From Christensenellales bacterium (GTDB lineage: Bacteria > Bacillota > Clostridia > Christensenellales > MGBC116941): DNA of 64,000 nucleotides. Every line of letters begins with the position of its first letter. Position 1 is the first letter of the stretch. Below, one piece after another: positions 48,025 through 57,034 of this stretch. The stretch covers positions 166,879-230,878 of the forward strand of contig JBMNTP010000001.1 of the NCBI GenBank assembly GCA_050945795.1, written 5' to 3'. The translations under genes and the position numbers were made by a program. The notes under the pieces are model-generated. The model was not told where the DNA came from, searched no databases, and saw only the letters and a list, made by a program, of their open reading frames with translations.

Positions 48025-49059
48025 ATGGCAAAAATCAAGGTTGGAGTAGCGGGATACGGAGTAATCGGGCAGCGCCTCGCCGACGGCGTGGCGTTACAGG
48101 GCGATATGGAGCTTGTTGGCATAGCCGATCTTGCGCCGACGCTGTCAATCCGCGCCCTTCATGAAAAAGGCATGCCATACGACCTTTATCTCGTCGACGG
48201 CGCTGATAAAAGCAAATTCGACGCTCTTGGCATGCCCGTCGCCGGAACATTTGAGGAATTGGTCGGCAAGGTAGATATAATGCTCGACAGTTCGCCCGGC
48301 GGTGTAGGCGTGAAGAATAAAGAGCTGTATGCGAAAAAAGGCGTTAAGGCTGTTTTCCAAGGTGGCGAGCAGAATTCTGTAGCCGACGTGTTTTTCCACG
48401 GCTACGCCAACTATGAAAAAGGCTTAGGGGCAAACTACCTCAAGCTTACCAGCTGCAACACCACCGGACTTATTCGAGTCGTAGACTGCCTCGATCGCGC
48501 CTGCGGCCTTGAAAAGGTAGCTATAACCATAATACGCCGCGTCGCCGATCCCGGCGATTATCACCGCGGCCTTACAAACGCCCTTCAGATGGAGAAGGCG
48601 CCGAGCCATCAGGCGGTAGACCTTATGACAATCATGCCGCATGTTAGCGCAACAGGCATACTCGTGCATACACCGGTAACGCACGGCCACATTATAACAG
48701 TACTCGCGAGCGGCAAAAACGGCAGCAAAATCAGCAGAGAAACAGCTCTTGAGGTGCTATCAAAACACCCGCGCATACGCATCGTCAGCATGGACGACGG
48801 CTTTCTCGGCAACGCCAGCCTTTTCCGCTATGCCCGTGATTTAGGCAATCCGCGCGGCGATATGTATGAGATTGCCTTGTGGGAAGACAGTGTTGTAGAA
48901 AGCGGAAACGATGTTATGTTCGCTATAAATATACCGCAAGAAAGCGTTACAATACCCGAAAGCATAGACGCTGTGCGCGCGGCAATGCAGATGCAGCCGA
49001 GTCGCGAAGAGGGTACTACGGCTACTAATAAATACCTCGGAATAGGAAAATGGATGTAA
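48025..49059 (+). CDS. gap: type II (archaeal-type) glyceraldehyde-3-phosphate dehydrogenase
   Basis: MAKIKVGVAGYGVIGQRLADGVALQGDMELVGIAD..., catalytic SCNTTGL, IIRRVADPGD, and the tail ESVTIPESIDAVRAM. It aligns by eye along its whole length with Pyrococcus/Methanococcus-type GAPDH rather than bacterial GapA (no SCTTNC motif). Confidence 0.85.
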   Translation: MAKIKVGVAGYGVIGQRLADGVALQGDMELVGIADLAPTLSIRALHEKGMPYDLYLVDGADKSKFDALGMPVAGTFEELVGKVDIMLDSSPGGVGVKNKELYAKKGVKAVFQGGEQNSVADVFFHGYANYEKGLGANYLKLTSCNTTGLIRVVDCLDRACGLEKVAITIIRRVADPGDYHRGLTNALQMEKAPSHQAVDLMTIMPHVSATGILVHTPVTHGHIITVLASGKNGSKISRETALEVLSKHPRIRIVSMDDGFLGNASLFRYARDLGNPRGDMYEIALWEDSVVESGNDVMFAINIPQESVTIPESIDAVRAAMQMQPSREEGTTATNKYLGIGKWM

Positions 49060-49163
49060 TCCGGCTCATACCCGCCGGAATATAATTCCGGTATTTTGAT
49101 AATAAGGCGATGGGCAGCGGGGCTGCAAGGGGTTTCGTTGCCTTAGCCTTAGATAATTTTTAA

Positions 49164-49184
49164 GTGGCCTCGGCCACTTTTTCT
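49164..49184 (+). terminator. weak hairpin plus T-run between gap and pgk (possible attenuator)
   Basis: AGTGG-CCTCGG-CCACT followed by TTTTTCT. TATAAT at 49185-49190 directly follows. Confidence 0.3.
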
Positions 49185-49226
49185 ATAATAGACGTTAAGA
49201 ACTCTTAAATTGAGAGGAGAAAGGCG

Positions 49227-50486
49227 ATGCAGTTTGGCATAAATACGCTTGACGATTTTTCCGTATCCGGCAAAACAGTACTTTGCCGCGTAGATATAAA
49301 CCAGCCCGTCGATCGAGAAACGGGCAAACTTAAAAGCACCGCCCGCATAGAGGCCTGCGTGCCTACTATAAAGGAGCTTTCGGATAAAGGCGCGAAGGTG
49401 GTACTGCTGGCGCATCAAGGCAGCGACATAGAATACAAGAACTTTTATACCACACAGCCGCACGCCGCAATACTAAGCGCATTTTTAGGGCGGCAAGTGC
49501 AATTTATTGACGACGTATGCGGTCCGGCGGCTCGCGAGCGTATAGCGGCTCTAAAGAACGGCGAAATACTTCTCCTTGACAATGTGCGCTTCTGCTCTGA
49601 AGAACAAACGCTTTTCGAGCTTAAGCTTAAACTAACGCATAAGCAGCAGGCTGATACTGAAGTTGTTAGAAAACTCAGCCCGCTTGCCGACATATATGTA
49701 TGCGACGCCTTTGCCGCCGCGCACCGCGACCAGCCCAGTCTTTGCGGCTTTGAACAGGTGCTGCCCTCGGCTATGGGCCGGCTTTTTGAAAAGGAATACA
49801 GCGTTATATCGTCGCTTATGCAAAACCCCGCCCGCCCCTGTACATTTGTATTGGGCGGCACCAAAATATCCGACGCTTTCGTTATGATGGAGACTGTACT
49901 CAAAGGCGGCATAGCTGATAATGTGCTTACCGGCGGGCTTGTCGCCAATATACTTCTAGCCGCCAAAGGCGAAAACATAGGAAGCGGCAGCCTAGATTTT
50001 ATAATGCGCTCAAACTACGGCGAGTATATAGAAAAGGCGCGCTCGCTTTATAATAAATACGCCTCACGCATACACTTGCCAAGCGATTTGGCTTATGTAT
50101 TAGACAGCAGCCGCAAAGAAGCCGTTCTAGGCTCTATACCAAGCGATATAACGGCGCTTGATATAGGCGCAAAAACTGCGCTGCGATACGCCGATATAAT
50201 AATGACATCTAAAACTGTGTTTGTAAACGGGCCTATGGGCGTTTTTGAGCAGCCGGAGACAGAGCTTGGCACAAGCTCAATATGGGACGCGCTTGGCAGC
50301 ACAACCGCCTATACCGTTATAGGCGGCGGCGACAGCATAACCGCCACTACTAAATACGACAAAACACAAAACATTTCATACATCTGCACCGGCGGCGGCG
50401 CTCTTATACGCTTTCTTAGCGGAGAGGAACTGCCGGTAATAAAAGCGCTGCGACACGCCGCAGCAACATTCCCTACGCGTAAATAA
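49227..50486 (+). CDS. pgk: phosphoglycerate kinase, archaeal-like sequence type
   Basis: LDDFSVSGKTVLCRVDINQPVDRETGKLKSTARIEACVPTIKELSDKGAKVVLLAHQG and C-terminal ICTGGGALIRFLSGEELPVIKAL resemble archaeal PGK more than the bacterial RVDFNVP type. 419 aa. Confidence 0.8.
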   Translation: MQFGINTLDDFSVSGKTVLCRVDINQPVDRETGKLKSTARIEACVPTIKELSDKGAKVVLLAHQGSDIEYKNFYTTQPHAAILSAFLGRQVQFIDDVCGPAARERIAALKNGEILLLDNVRFCSEEQTLFELKLKLTHKQQADTEVVRKLSPLADIYVCDAFAAAHRDQPSLCGFEQVLPSAMGRLFEKEYSVISSLMQNPARPCTFVLGGTKISDAFVMMETVLKGGIADNVLTGGLVANILLAAKGENIGSGSLDFIMRSNYGEYIEKARSLYNKYASRIHLPSDLAYVLDSSRKEAVLGSIPSDITALDIGAKTALRYADIIMTSKTVFVNGPMGVFEQPETELGTSSIWDALGSTTAYTVIGGGDSITATTKYDKTQNISYICTGGGALIRFLSGEELPVIKALRHAAATFPTRK

Positions 50487-50533
50487 AGCTGTATCAATAT
50501 TAAATTTTAAATCTACATTCACAAAACAGCATA

Positions 50534-50567
50534 AAAACGCCGGTTCGTTTTATGGAACCGGCGTTTT
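50534..50567. terminator. bidirectional terminator (pgk / copZ)
   Basis: AAAACGCCGGTTC-GTTTTATG-GAACCGGCGTTTT. Confidence 0.8.
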
Positions 50568-50578
50568 ACTTGGAGCGA

Positions 50579-50788
50579 TTATTTAACCACTTCGTAGCCC
50601 TGGTCTTCTATGGCGTTTTCAATATCCTTGCTTGTTACCTTAGCCGGATCAAATTCTACCGACACCGTCTTATCCGCGAGGCTTACATCAACCTTCAAAA
50701 CGCCGTCAAGCTCTCCAACCGCCTTTTTAACAGCGTTTTCACAGTGCGAGCATGTCATGCCTTCAACATTCAATAAAATCGCTTGCAT
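50579..50788 (-). CDS. copZ: copper chaperone CopZ
   Basis: 69 aa HMA domain with GMTCSHCENAV. Confidence 0.9.
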   Translation of the reverse strand: MQAILLNVEGMTCSHCENAVKKAVGELDGVLKVDVSLADKTVSVEFDPAKVTSKDIENAIEDQGYEVVK

Positions 50789-50801
50789 TATTATTCCCTC
50801 C

Positions 50802-51479
50802 CTATTCTAAATCAAACGACGTAAGCAGCATATCCCTCTTTGCCATTTTGCCGTTTTCATCCATAGTTTCAACCTCTAAAACCTGCCAGCCGGCTATAGT
50901 GGCGGTATCAATGCCCGCCCCTTCAAATGGCTCGGGGTTTAGCACGAAAACAATGTCCATATCATTCTTGTCAAAATCCTTTGCCCATTCAAAGGCATTG
51001 CCTCCGCCCATATTTATAGTAAAATGGTCCATCTCCATATGATACTGCATGCTATCGGGCGACATCGCCATTATCCTTTTAAACGCATCGTAAGGGTCTT
51101 CATACCCGCCTATCTCGGCATCCCTGCCAAAGTCGCCGGGCACGAGCAATGTACCCTCTTTGGCAGCCTCAACGCCGTCCGGCAAAGCGGTCATATCAAG
51201 CCCCGCATCTATAAACGGTCGAGCGTCAAACTCCATCCATAGATCCGGCCCCGCCGCGCCTATGTTATTACTCCAAAGGAAGCGGGCAGCTCCGTCCGGC
51301 GACGCCAACCCCCACGCACCAAGCATATCGTCTAACGCCACATTGTCTTTAGATATCTCCAGCAGCTCTGCAAACGATTCGTCCGCCTTTTGCCCTATCA
51401 CATCGAGATTAGCGCAAGCCGTAAGCAGCACAACCGCCGCCAGCGCCACCGCCGTTATAACAATCTTTTTTGACCTCAT
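50802..51479 (-). CDS. uncharacterised lipoprotein encoded inside the copper operon
   Basis: AGAGGGG RBS and lipobox LLTACA. Met/His-rich segment RIMAMSPDSMQYHMEMDHF. It sits 33 nt after copA and 13 nt before copZ. Confidence 0.6.
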   Translation of the reverse strand: MRSKKIVITAVALAAVVLLTACANLDVIGQKADESFAELLEISKDNVALDDMLGAWGLASPDGAARFLWSNNIGAAGPDLWMEFDARPFIDAGLDMTALPDGVEAAKEGTLLVPGDFGRDAEIGGYEDPYDAFKRIMAMSPDSMQYHMEMDHFTINMGGGNAFEWAKDFDKNDMDIVFVLNPEPFEGAGIDTATIAGWQVLEVETMDENGKMAKRDMLLTSFDLE

Positions 51480-51512
51480 AGATAGTTTCCCCTCTTTCTT
51501 TAGCAGATTATA

Positions 51513-53975
51513 TCAATGATACGGCTTAAAGCGTTTAAGCCTAAGCGCGTTTGTCACAACGGAAACCGAACTTAGCGCCATAGCCGCCGCTGCTATCATG
51601 GGATTTAGCAGCGGGCCGCCGAACAGGTATAATACACCTGCCGCTACGGGTATGCCAAGCGTATTGTAGCCAAAAGCCCAGAACAGGTTTTCCTTTATGT
51701 TTCTTATGGTGCTTTTGCTAAGGTTAATAGCGGTAGGCACATCCATAAGATCGCTCTTCATAAGCACTATGTCGGCCGATTCCATGGCTACATCAGTGCC
51801 GGAGCCTATCGCTATGCCTATATTAGCCTGCACCAGCGCCGGAGCGTCATTTATGCCGTCGCCTACCATAGCAACATTTTTACCTTCGTCCTGTAATTTT
51901 TTAACCTCGCTCGACTTATCCTGCGGCAACACCTCGGCAAGCACCCGCGTTATGCCGACCTGCCGCGCTATGGCCTCCGCCGTCTTTCGGTTATCGCCGG
52001 TTATCATGGCAACCTCTATGCCCATATCAGAAAGCTTTTTAATAGCCCTCGCGCTGCTTTCCTTTACAACGTCCGCCACCGCTATAATGCCGGCTATGCT
52101 GCCATTTATCGCCGCGAACATAGGCGTCTTACCTTCTCCCGCCAAGCGGTCGGCGTCTTCCATAAGGCCGGATATATCGATACCTCTGTCATCCATAAGC
52201 TTTTTGTTGCCTATAAGAACGGCGTCTTCGCCCGCCATAACCTCTATACCATGCCCCGGCAACGCCATAAAACCGGATGTTTCGGGCAACTTAAGGCCCT
52301 CTTTTTCCGCCGCTCGTATTATCGCCTGTCCAAGCGGATGCTCGCTGCCTTTTTCCGCCGCCGCAGACGCTGCGAGCAGCCTATCTCTATCTATGCCCTT
52401 AGCCGTTATAATGTCGGTCATTTCGGGCTGTCCTTCTGTTATAGTGCCTGTTTTATCAAAAACAATCGTATCTATTTTATGCGCCGCCTCCAGCGCCTCT
52501 CCGCCCTTTATAAGTATGCCGTATTCAGCTCCCTTGCCTGTTCCAACCATTATGGCGGTAGGCGTTGCCAGCCCCAGCGCGCAGGGGCAGGCTATAACAA
52601 GCACAGATATAAATACAGTTAGCGCGAAGGTAAGCGTCTGTCCTCCAATAAGCCAGCCTAAAAACGCCGCCAAGGCTATCAGGCAAACGGCGGGTACAAA
52701 GTAGCTTGAAACAACATCCGCCATTTTAGCTATCGGCGCCTTTGTGCCTTGCGCGTCCTCAACAAGCTTTATTATCTGGGCAAGCGCAGTATCCTTGCCA
52801 ACTTTTGTAGCTTTAAACTGTATAGAGCCGTTGCTGTTTATAGTAGCGGCGTATACATTATCGCCGGCCTTTTTATCAATAGGCATGCTCTCACCCGTCA
52901 GCATAGATTCGTCTATCGATGTATGCCCGTCTATAACAACACCGTCTACCGGTATTTTTTCCCCCGGTTTAACCAGTATAACATCGCCCTGTTCCACTTC
53001 GTCAATCGGCATTTCTATTTCGACGCCGTCGTGTATTACGGTAGCCGTTTTTGGGGCCAGCCCCATAAGCTTTTTTATCGCCTCGGAGGTCTTGCCCTTT
53101 GACACCGTTTCGAGTGTTTTGCCTAACATTATAAGCGTTATTATTACGCCTACCGTCTCAAAGTACAGCGCGTCAACCATGGCAAAATTGCCGGTATAAA
53201 TCTGATATGTGGCATAAGCGCTGTATATAAACGCCGCCGACGTTCCCACCGCTATAAGCGAGTCCATATTAGGGCTGCCCTTGAACAAAGCTCTAAAGCC
53301 TACTGTATAGAAGCGGCTGCCGGCTATCATTATAGGTATAACGAGTATTATCTGTACCAGCGCGTAAACGAGCGGATACCGCATAGGCGCCATAAAATCC
53401 GGCACTGAAATCGGCAGCCATGGCAGCATAGGCGCCATAGCTACATAAAAAAGCGGTATGCCGAATATGGCCGATACAATAAACTTCGTCCACATCGTAC
53501 GAATTTCCTTATCCTTGCGCGCCCTGTCCTCATCAACCGTCTCTTTTTCAAGGTTAAGCGGCTTATACCCAAGCTTCTCTATTGTCTGCTTTATATATGA
53601 AAGCTTAACTATTTGAGGATCATACTCAACCGCCGCCTTTTCAGACGCTAAATTAACCGAGGCCGACACCACGCCATCAAGCTTCGATAAAACCTTTTCA
53701 ATTCTTTGCGAGCAGGCAGCGCAGGTCATACCGCCTATGGGTATTACAACGCTGTTTGTATGCTTTTCCTCAACAACGCCGTACCCCGCCTTTTCAATCG
53801 CTGCCTTTATATCTTCTTTTGATACAGCAGTCTCATCGTATTGTATAGACAACTTTTCTGTAGCGAAATTAACCTCCGCCTCGTTTACCCCGGGTAGCTT
53901 GCCAACCGACTTCCCTACCCTTTGAGCGCACGCCGCACACGTCATTCCTGTGATACCTATGCTCTCCTTTTTCAT
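51513..53975 (-). CDS. copA: copper-translocating P1B-type ATPase
   Basis: Two N-terminal HMA domains ([22 protein letters not shown]), TGES, CPC motif ([11 protein letters not shown]), DKTGT, and GDGINDAP. Confidence 0.95.
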   Translation of the reverse strand: MKKESIGITGMTCAACAQRVGKSVGKLPGVNEAEVNFATEKLSIQYDETAVSKEDIKAAIEKAGYGVVEEKHTNSVVIPIGGMTCAACSQRIEKVLSKLDGVVSASVNLASEKAAVEYDPQIVKLSYIKQTIEKLGYKPLNLEKETVDEDRARKDKEIRTMWTKFIVSAIFGIPLFYVAMAPMLPWLPISVPDFMAPMRYPLVYALVQIILVIPIMIAGSRFYTVGFRALFKGSPNMDSLIAVGTSAAFIYSAYATYQIYTGNFAMVDALYFETVGVIITLIMLGKTLETVSKGKTSEAIKKLMGLAPKTATVIHDGVEIEMPIDEVEQGDVILVKPGEKIPVDGVVIDGHTSIDESMLTGESMPIDKKAGDNVYAATINSNGSIQFKATKVGKDTALAQIIKLVEDAQGTKAPIAKMADVVSSYFVPAVCLIALAAFLGWLIGGQTLTFALTVFISVLVIACPCALGLATPTAIMVGTGKGAEYGILIKGGEALEAAHKIDTIVFDKTGTITEGQPEMTDIITAKGIDRDRLLAASAAAEKGSEHPLGQAIIRAAEKEGLKLPETSGFMALPGHGIEVMAGEDAVLIGNKKLMDDRGIDISGLMEDADRLAGEGKTPMFAAINGSIAGIIAVADVVKESSARAIKKLSDMGIEVAMITGDNRKTAEAIARQVGITRVLAEVLPQDKSSEVKKLQDEGKNVAMVGDGINDAPALVQANIGIAIGSGTDVAMESADIVLMKSDLMDVPTAINLSKSTIRNIKENLFWAFGYNTLGIPVAAGVLYLFGGPLLNPMIAAAAMALSSVSVVTNALRLKRFKPYH

Positions 53976-54076
53976 ATCCTACCAAGCCTTTCTTTGCCTA
54001 ATACAGCGATATGCTTCGCCACATCCGGCATCTATAAATATCTTCAAAGCCGCGGTCTTGAAAAATCGCTCCGCCG

Positions 54077-54427
54077 CTACAACATTCTTCCTATAATCCT
54101 TATAAGTTCATCAACAACTCCGTCGTCTCCTTCATGTATCCTGTCCAAAAGGCAACCGTGTATATGGTTTTCCATTACCAGCTTGCTTACAGAGGTAAGA
54201 GCCGCCTTTGCCGCCGTTATCTGGTTTAGCACGTCCTCACAATAAGTATCTTTTTCTATCATGCCCTTTATGCCTCTTACCTGACCTTCAACACAACTAA
54301 GCCGACGCACAAGCGCCGCCTTAAGCTTTTCCTCTCTTACAGTCTTTCGTTCGTTGCATCCTTCACATTTATTATTCAAATCGGTTTTTACGGCTTTTTC
54401 ACCGTTATCTTTAATTAAATTATCCAT
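54077..54427 (-). CDS. csoR: CsoR family copper-sensing repressor
   Basis: From the ATG at 54427 (RBS GGGGGAGG). The core RLSCVEGQVRGIKGMIEKDTYCEDVLNQITAAKAALTSVSKLVMENHIHGCL carries the Cys/His/Cys ligand pattern. The N-terminal extension carries a CEGC pair. Confidence 0.85.
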   Translation of the reverse strand: MDNLIKDNGEKAVKTDLNNKCEGCNERKTVREEKLKAALVRRLSCVEGQVRGIKGMIEKDTYCEDVLNQITAAKAALTSVSKLVMENHIHGCLLDRIHEGDDGVVDELIRIIGRML

Positions 54428-54450
54428 AAGCCTCCCCCGCTTTAACACCA

Positions 54451-54501
54451 TACCCCCCAGGGGTGTGTATTGAGTGTAAATTATGTCCGGCGTATTGTCA
54501 A
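54451..54501 (-). promoter_or_regulatory. cop promoter with CsoR-type operator
   Basis: On the minus strand: TTGACA (54501-54496), a 17-nt spacer, TACACT (54478-54473). This is followed by the GC-rich dyad ACACCCCTGGGGGGTAT (about 54469-54453), which resembles CsoR boxes (TACCC-N-GGGGTA type). Confidence 0.5.
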
Positions 54502-54592
54502 GCGCCGGATAGAAAAACCGTAATTATTTTTCGCCTGCCTTCGATAAAAAATGCGACAGAGTCGTTAAAGTTTTTAATAGTGCCTGGGATAT

Positions 54593-54627
54593 AACCAAAA
54601 AAGCGCCTTAGCAGCGCTTTTTTGGTT
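54593..54627. terminator. terminator after the Myb-like gene
   Basis: AACCAAAAAAGCGC-CTTAGCA-GCGCTTTTTTGGTT. Confidence 0.75.
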
Positions 54628-54653
54628 GCCGTCCATTCATGCCACGCATCTTA

Positions 54654-55583
54654 TCACGCATAGTCCCTTATGCACTTTTCGCAATCGTCAATACTTCTAG
54701 CAAGTTCAGATATATAATTTGAAAGATTACTTACCTTTATTATAGAATTCATGCCAAGAAAGTCCCTGTTTACTTTAATCAACTGTCTTATCATTGTGAG
54801 CAGGCGATCCATAGTTTCACTCTGCTCGCGCAGCGTTTCGTTTTGCGTAGCTATCTGTGCCTCCAGCGCCCTTTCTCTTTCCGATATCCGCCCAAGCCCT
54901 TTTTCCGCCTCTTCTGTAAGCGCCTGCGTCTCAAGGCTTGATCCTAACACAGCGGCTTTTGTAAGCTGCCTAAGTCCCTTAAAGAACCACGCCACATCTA
55001 CACCCTGCACGCCTGATATATCGTCCATAATACCGCTTATAAGCTCTACAACATCATTTCCCGGCGGTCTGCCCGGCTTGCGCCCGCTCCTGCCCTTCCT
55101 GCCTGAGCCGGCCTGACTATAAGGATCAAAGCAAGGAATCTGATTTTCCTTCATATAAGCCATCACGCTTTTAACAAGCGACGGGTTTGTTCTTATAACG
55201 CTGCGGTATTTATTTTGATACCTTAGCATCTTGCTTCTGTCTCCGTCCGCCATTTTCATGGTGCATCCGCGTACCGACATGCCTTCTGCCTGCGCCTTTA
55301 GAACGCTTAAAATAAGGTTCCATACCTCTTCACGCTCAAAAGGTACAAACGCTGGCTGGCTTCTCGCCGTCGTTCCTTTAAGGCTGTTGTAATAATAATT
55401 GCGTATACTGTTTGGCTTTCTGCCGGTAATCCTAGCGACGCGCTCAAAAACGTCCTTTAGTGTACCGTTTGTTTCTCTCGCGCTTTCGACTTCTCTAAAA
55501 AGCATTTCCGTTTCTTCTTTATCCCAGCCCGTCTTTGTAATGGCCACGCTTTCGGGTATACTCGTGTTAGCAGCCAGTGTCAT
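54654..55583 (-). CDS. Myb/SANT-like (RsfA-like) DNA-binding protein with AT-hook-like segment and coiled coil
   Basis: From the ATG at 55583 (GGGGGA RBS). GWDKEETEMLFREVESARETNGTLKDVFERVARITGRKPNSIRNYYY is a Myb/SANT-type repeat, followed by a second degenerate repeat. A basic GRKGRSGRKPGRPPG segment and a C-terminal heptad-rich region follow. Confidence 0.55.
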   Translation of the reverse strand: MTLAANTSIPESVAITKTGWDKEETEMLFREVESARETNGTLKDVFERVARITGRKPNSIRNYYYNSLKGTTARSQPAFVPFEREEVWNLILSVLKAQAEGMSVRGCTMKMADGDRSKMLRYQNKYRSVIRTNPSLVKSVMAYMKENQIPCFDPYSQAGSGRKGRSGRKPGRPPGNDVVELISGIMDDISGVQGVDVAWFFKGLRQLTKAAVLGSSLETQALTEEAEKGLGRISERERALEAQIATQNETLREQSETMDRLLTMIRQLIKVNRDFLGMNSIIKVSNLSNYISELARSIDDCEKCIRDYA

Positions 55584-55939
55584 ATCAATTCCCCCCATAG
55601 GTATGTTTTGTTGTTGTTGTATTATGGCCCATCAAAATATTATTTATTCCATTTCAGGTTATATTTGGCTCATATATATTAAATATGTTTGCCGCGCGGA
55701 TAGCGGCGGAACAAATTTCATACTTCTTCCCCGCTTAATACCCGCATATATTAAATTTATTATTCCTTTTTTACCCGGTTATATAAAAAAGCAAAGAAAC
55801 CTTTGCTTTTGCTTCATCATACGTTTTATTCCCGCATGACAATATATGCATGTAAAAAATACGCTAGAACGCCGCCGTTATGATTTAGCCTTTGTTTGAA
55901 TATACATAAATACCAACATGTTTCAGGAGTGATACTATA

Positions 55940-56992
55940 ATGGAAAAACTGCCGCTGGTCGTCATAAAACCTGCGGGCGAGGGCCTAATACGCCTCAACG
56001 ACTCGGTGGTGGGACATGCAGGACCCAAAAAGCCGGTCTCCTCGCCTATATATACAGAGGGTGCGCTATATGTAATATTCACGCCGCTGTCGTCTATTGA
56101 TAACTCTGTGTTTTCACCCTGCGCGCTTAAAATAGAATTTTCTGACGGCAAGCCCTCTTCATGCAGCGAATTTGGCAAGATAGCGCTCTGGCCCGGCAAC
56201 ATTTATGAAATTACAATAACGCCGCCGCTGCTGGCGCTACCCTCCCGCCCCGTTTCCGAAATATACGGCATATGCAGGGCAAACTGGGAAGCGGTGCGCG
56301 GCCGCACATTTATGGTTACAGTTTACGACGACAACGGCCTCCATCTCGCCATAGAGGATACCGCCTCAAACCGGCTGCTTTTTACGCACTTTCTTGGCAG
56401 CGGCGAGCCGACACTCGATTTTATAGATACTGGCACATCGCCGCAACTTGAGCTGGCCGTAAAAACAGTTTCGGGGCAAACAACCCGATTTACCGTGGTA
56501 TCTTATTTCGATGGCGGCTTCCGGCTTATGTTTGATGAGGCGGCGGCACGCATATCGTTTAAAAACGGTGTTATCAGCGCAGAATATGACAAGGAAAGCG
56601 GATTCGACTTTCCTGTTAAAAAGATTTTCGAGCTTAGAGACGGCATATTCGTTGCCTCCGGCGCTACGCCAGGACTTGACGCCCCTTCTAGCCACAGCGA
56701 TGCCGCCATGACCTTCTTTGAAGCGGTGCGGCTTGATATGGAACAGGCGGCGCTTGCACTACTAACGCCGTCGCTACGCTCGGGATTGACGTATTCCGAC
56801 ATAGTGTCTTTTCTCGGCAGCTTTTATTCGTTTGGTCCGGCGCTTTTCCCCACCGACCACAGCGCTATACAGATAGCGTTAAAATATGAAGGGGACGCAA
56901 ACCTTGATGCTGTCCGGGTGTTCACAATTGAGCTTGTAAGCCGCACGGATGAGGCTGGGGAGTGGAAAATTGACAATATACGCGAATTGTAA
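55940..56992 (+). CDS. hypothetical protein (no recognisable domain)
   Basis: AGGAG RBS 9 nt upstream. 350 aa with normal composition and no TM helix or signal peptide. It is divergent from the Myb-like gene. Confidence 0.55.
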   Translation: MEKLPLVVIKPAGEGLIRLNDSVVGHAGPKKPVSSPIYTEGALYVIFTPLSSIDNSVFSPCALKIEFSDGKPSSCSEFGKIALWPGNIYEITITPPLLALPSRPVSEIYGICRANWEAVRGRTFMVTVYDDNGLHLAIEDTASNRLLFTHFLGSGEPTLDFIDTGTSPQLELAVKTVSGQTTRFTVVSYFDGGFRLMFDEAAARISFKNGVISAEYDKESGFDFPVKKIFELRDGIFVASGATPGLDAPSSHSDAAMTFFEAVRLDMEQAALALLTPSLRSGLTYSDIVSFLGSFYSFGPALFPTDHSAIQIALKYEGDANLDAVRVFTIELVSRTDEAGEWKIDNIREL

Positions 56993-57034
56993 AACTCATA
57001 CCATTATGGTAAACTAAAATAAAAAGGGATTAAT

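Noticed and set aside
51697-52704. 335-aa plus-strand ORF, and other long ORFs antisense to copA, polA (36557-37000 and others), EF-G (28504-29031), pgk (49445-49978), cdaR (12818-13396), the SBP (32127-33150) and trxB/membrane gene (19542-20057).
   Set aside because: They lie entirely inside well-supported genes on the opposite strand. Their composition is Ser/Pro/Ala/Arg-skewed and low-complexity, and they have no RBS. These are typical shadow ORFs of moderately GC-rich coding DNA.
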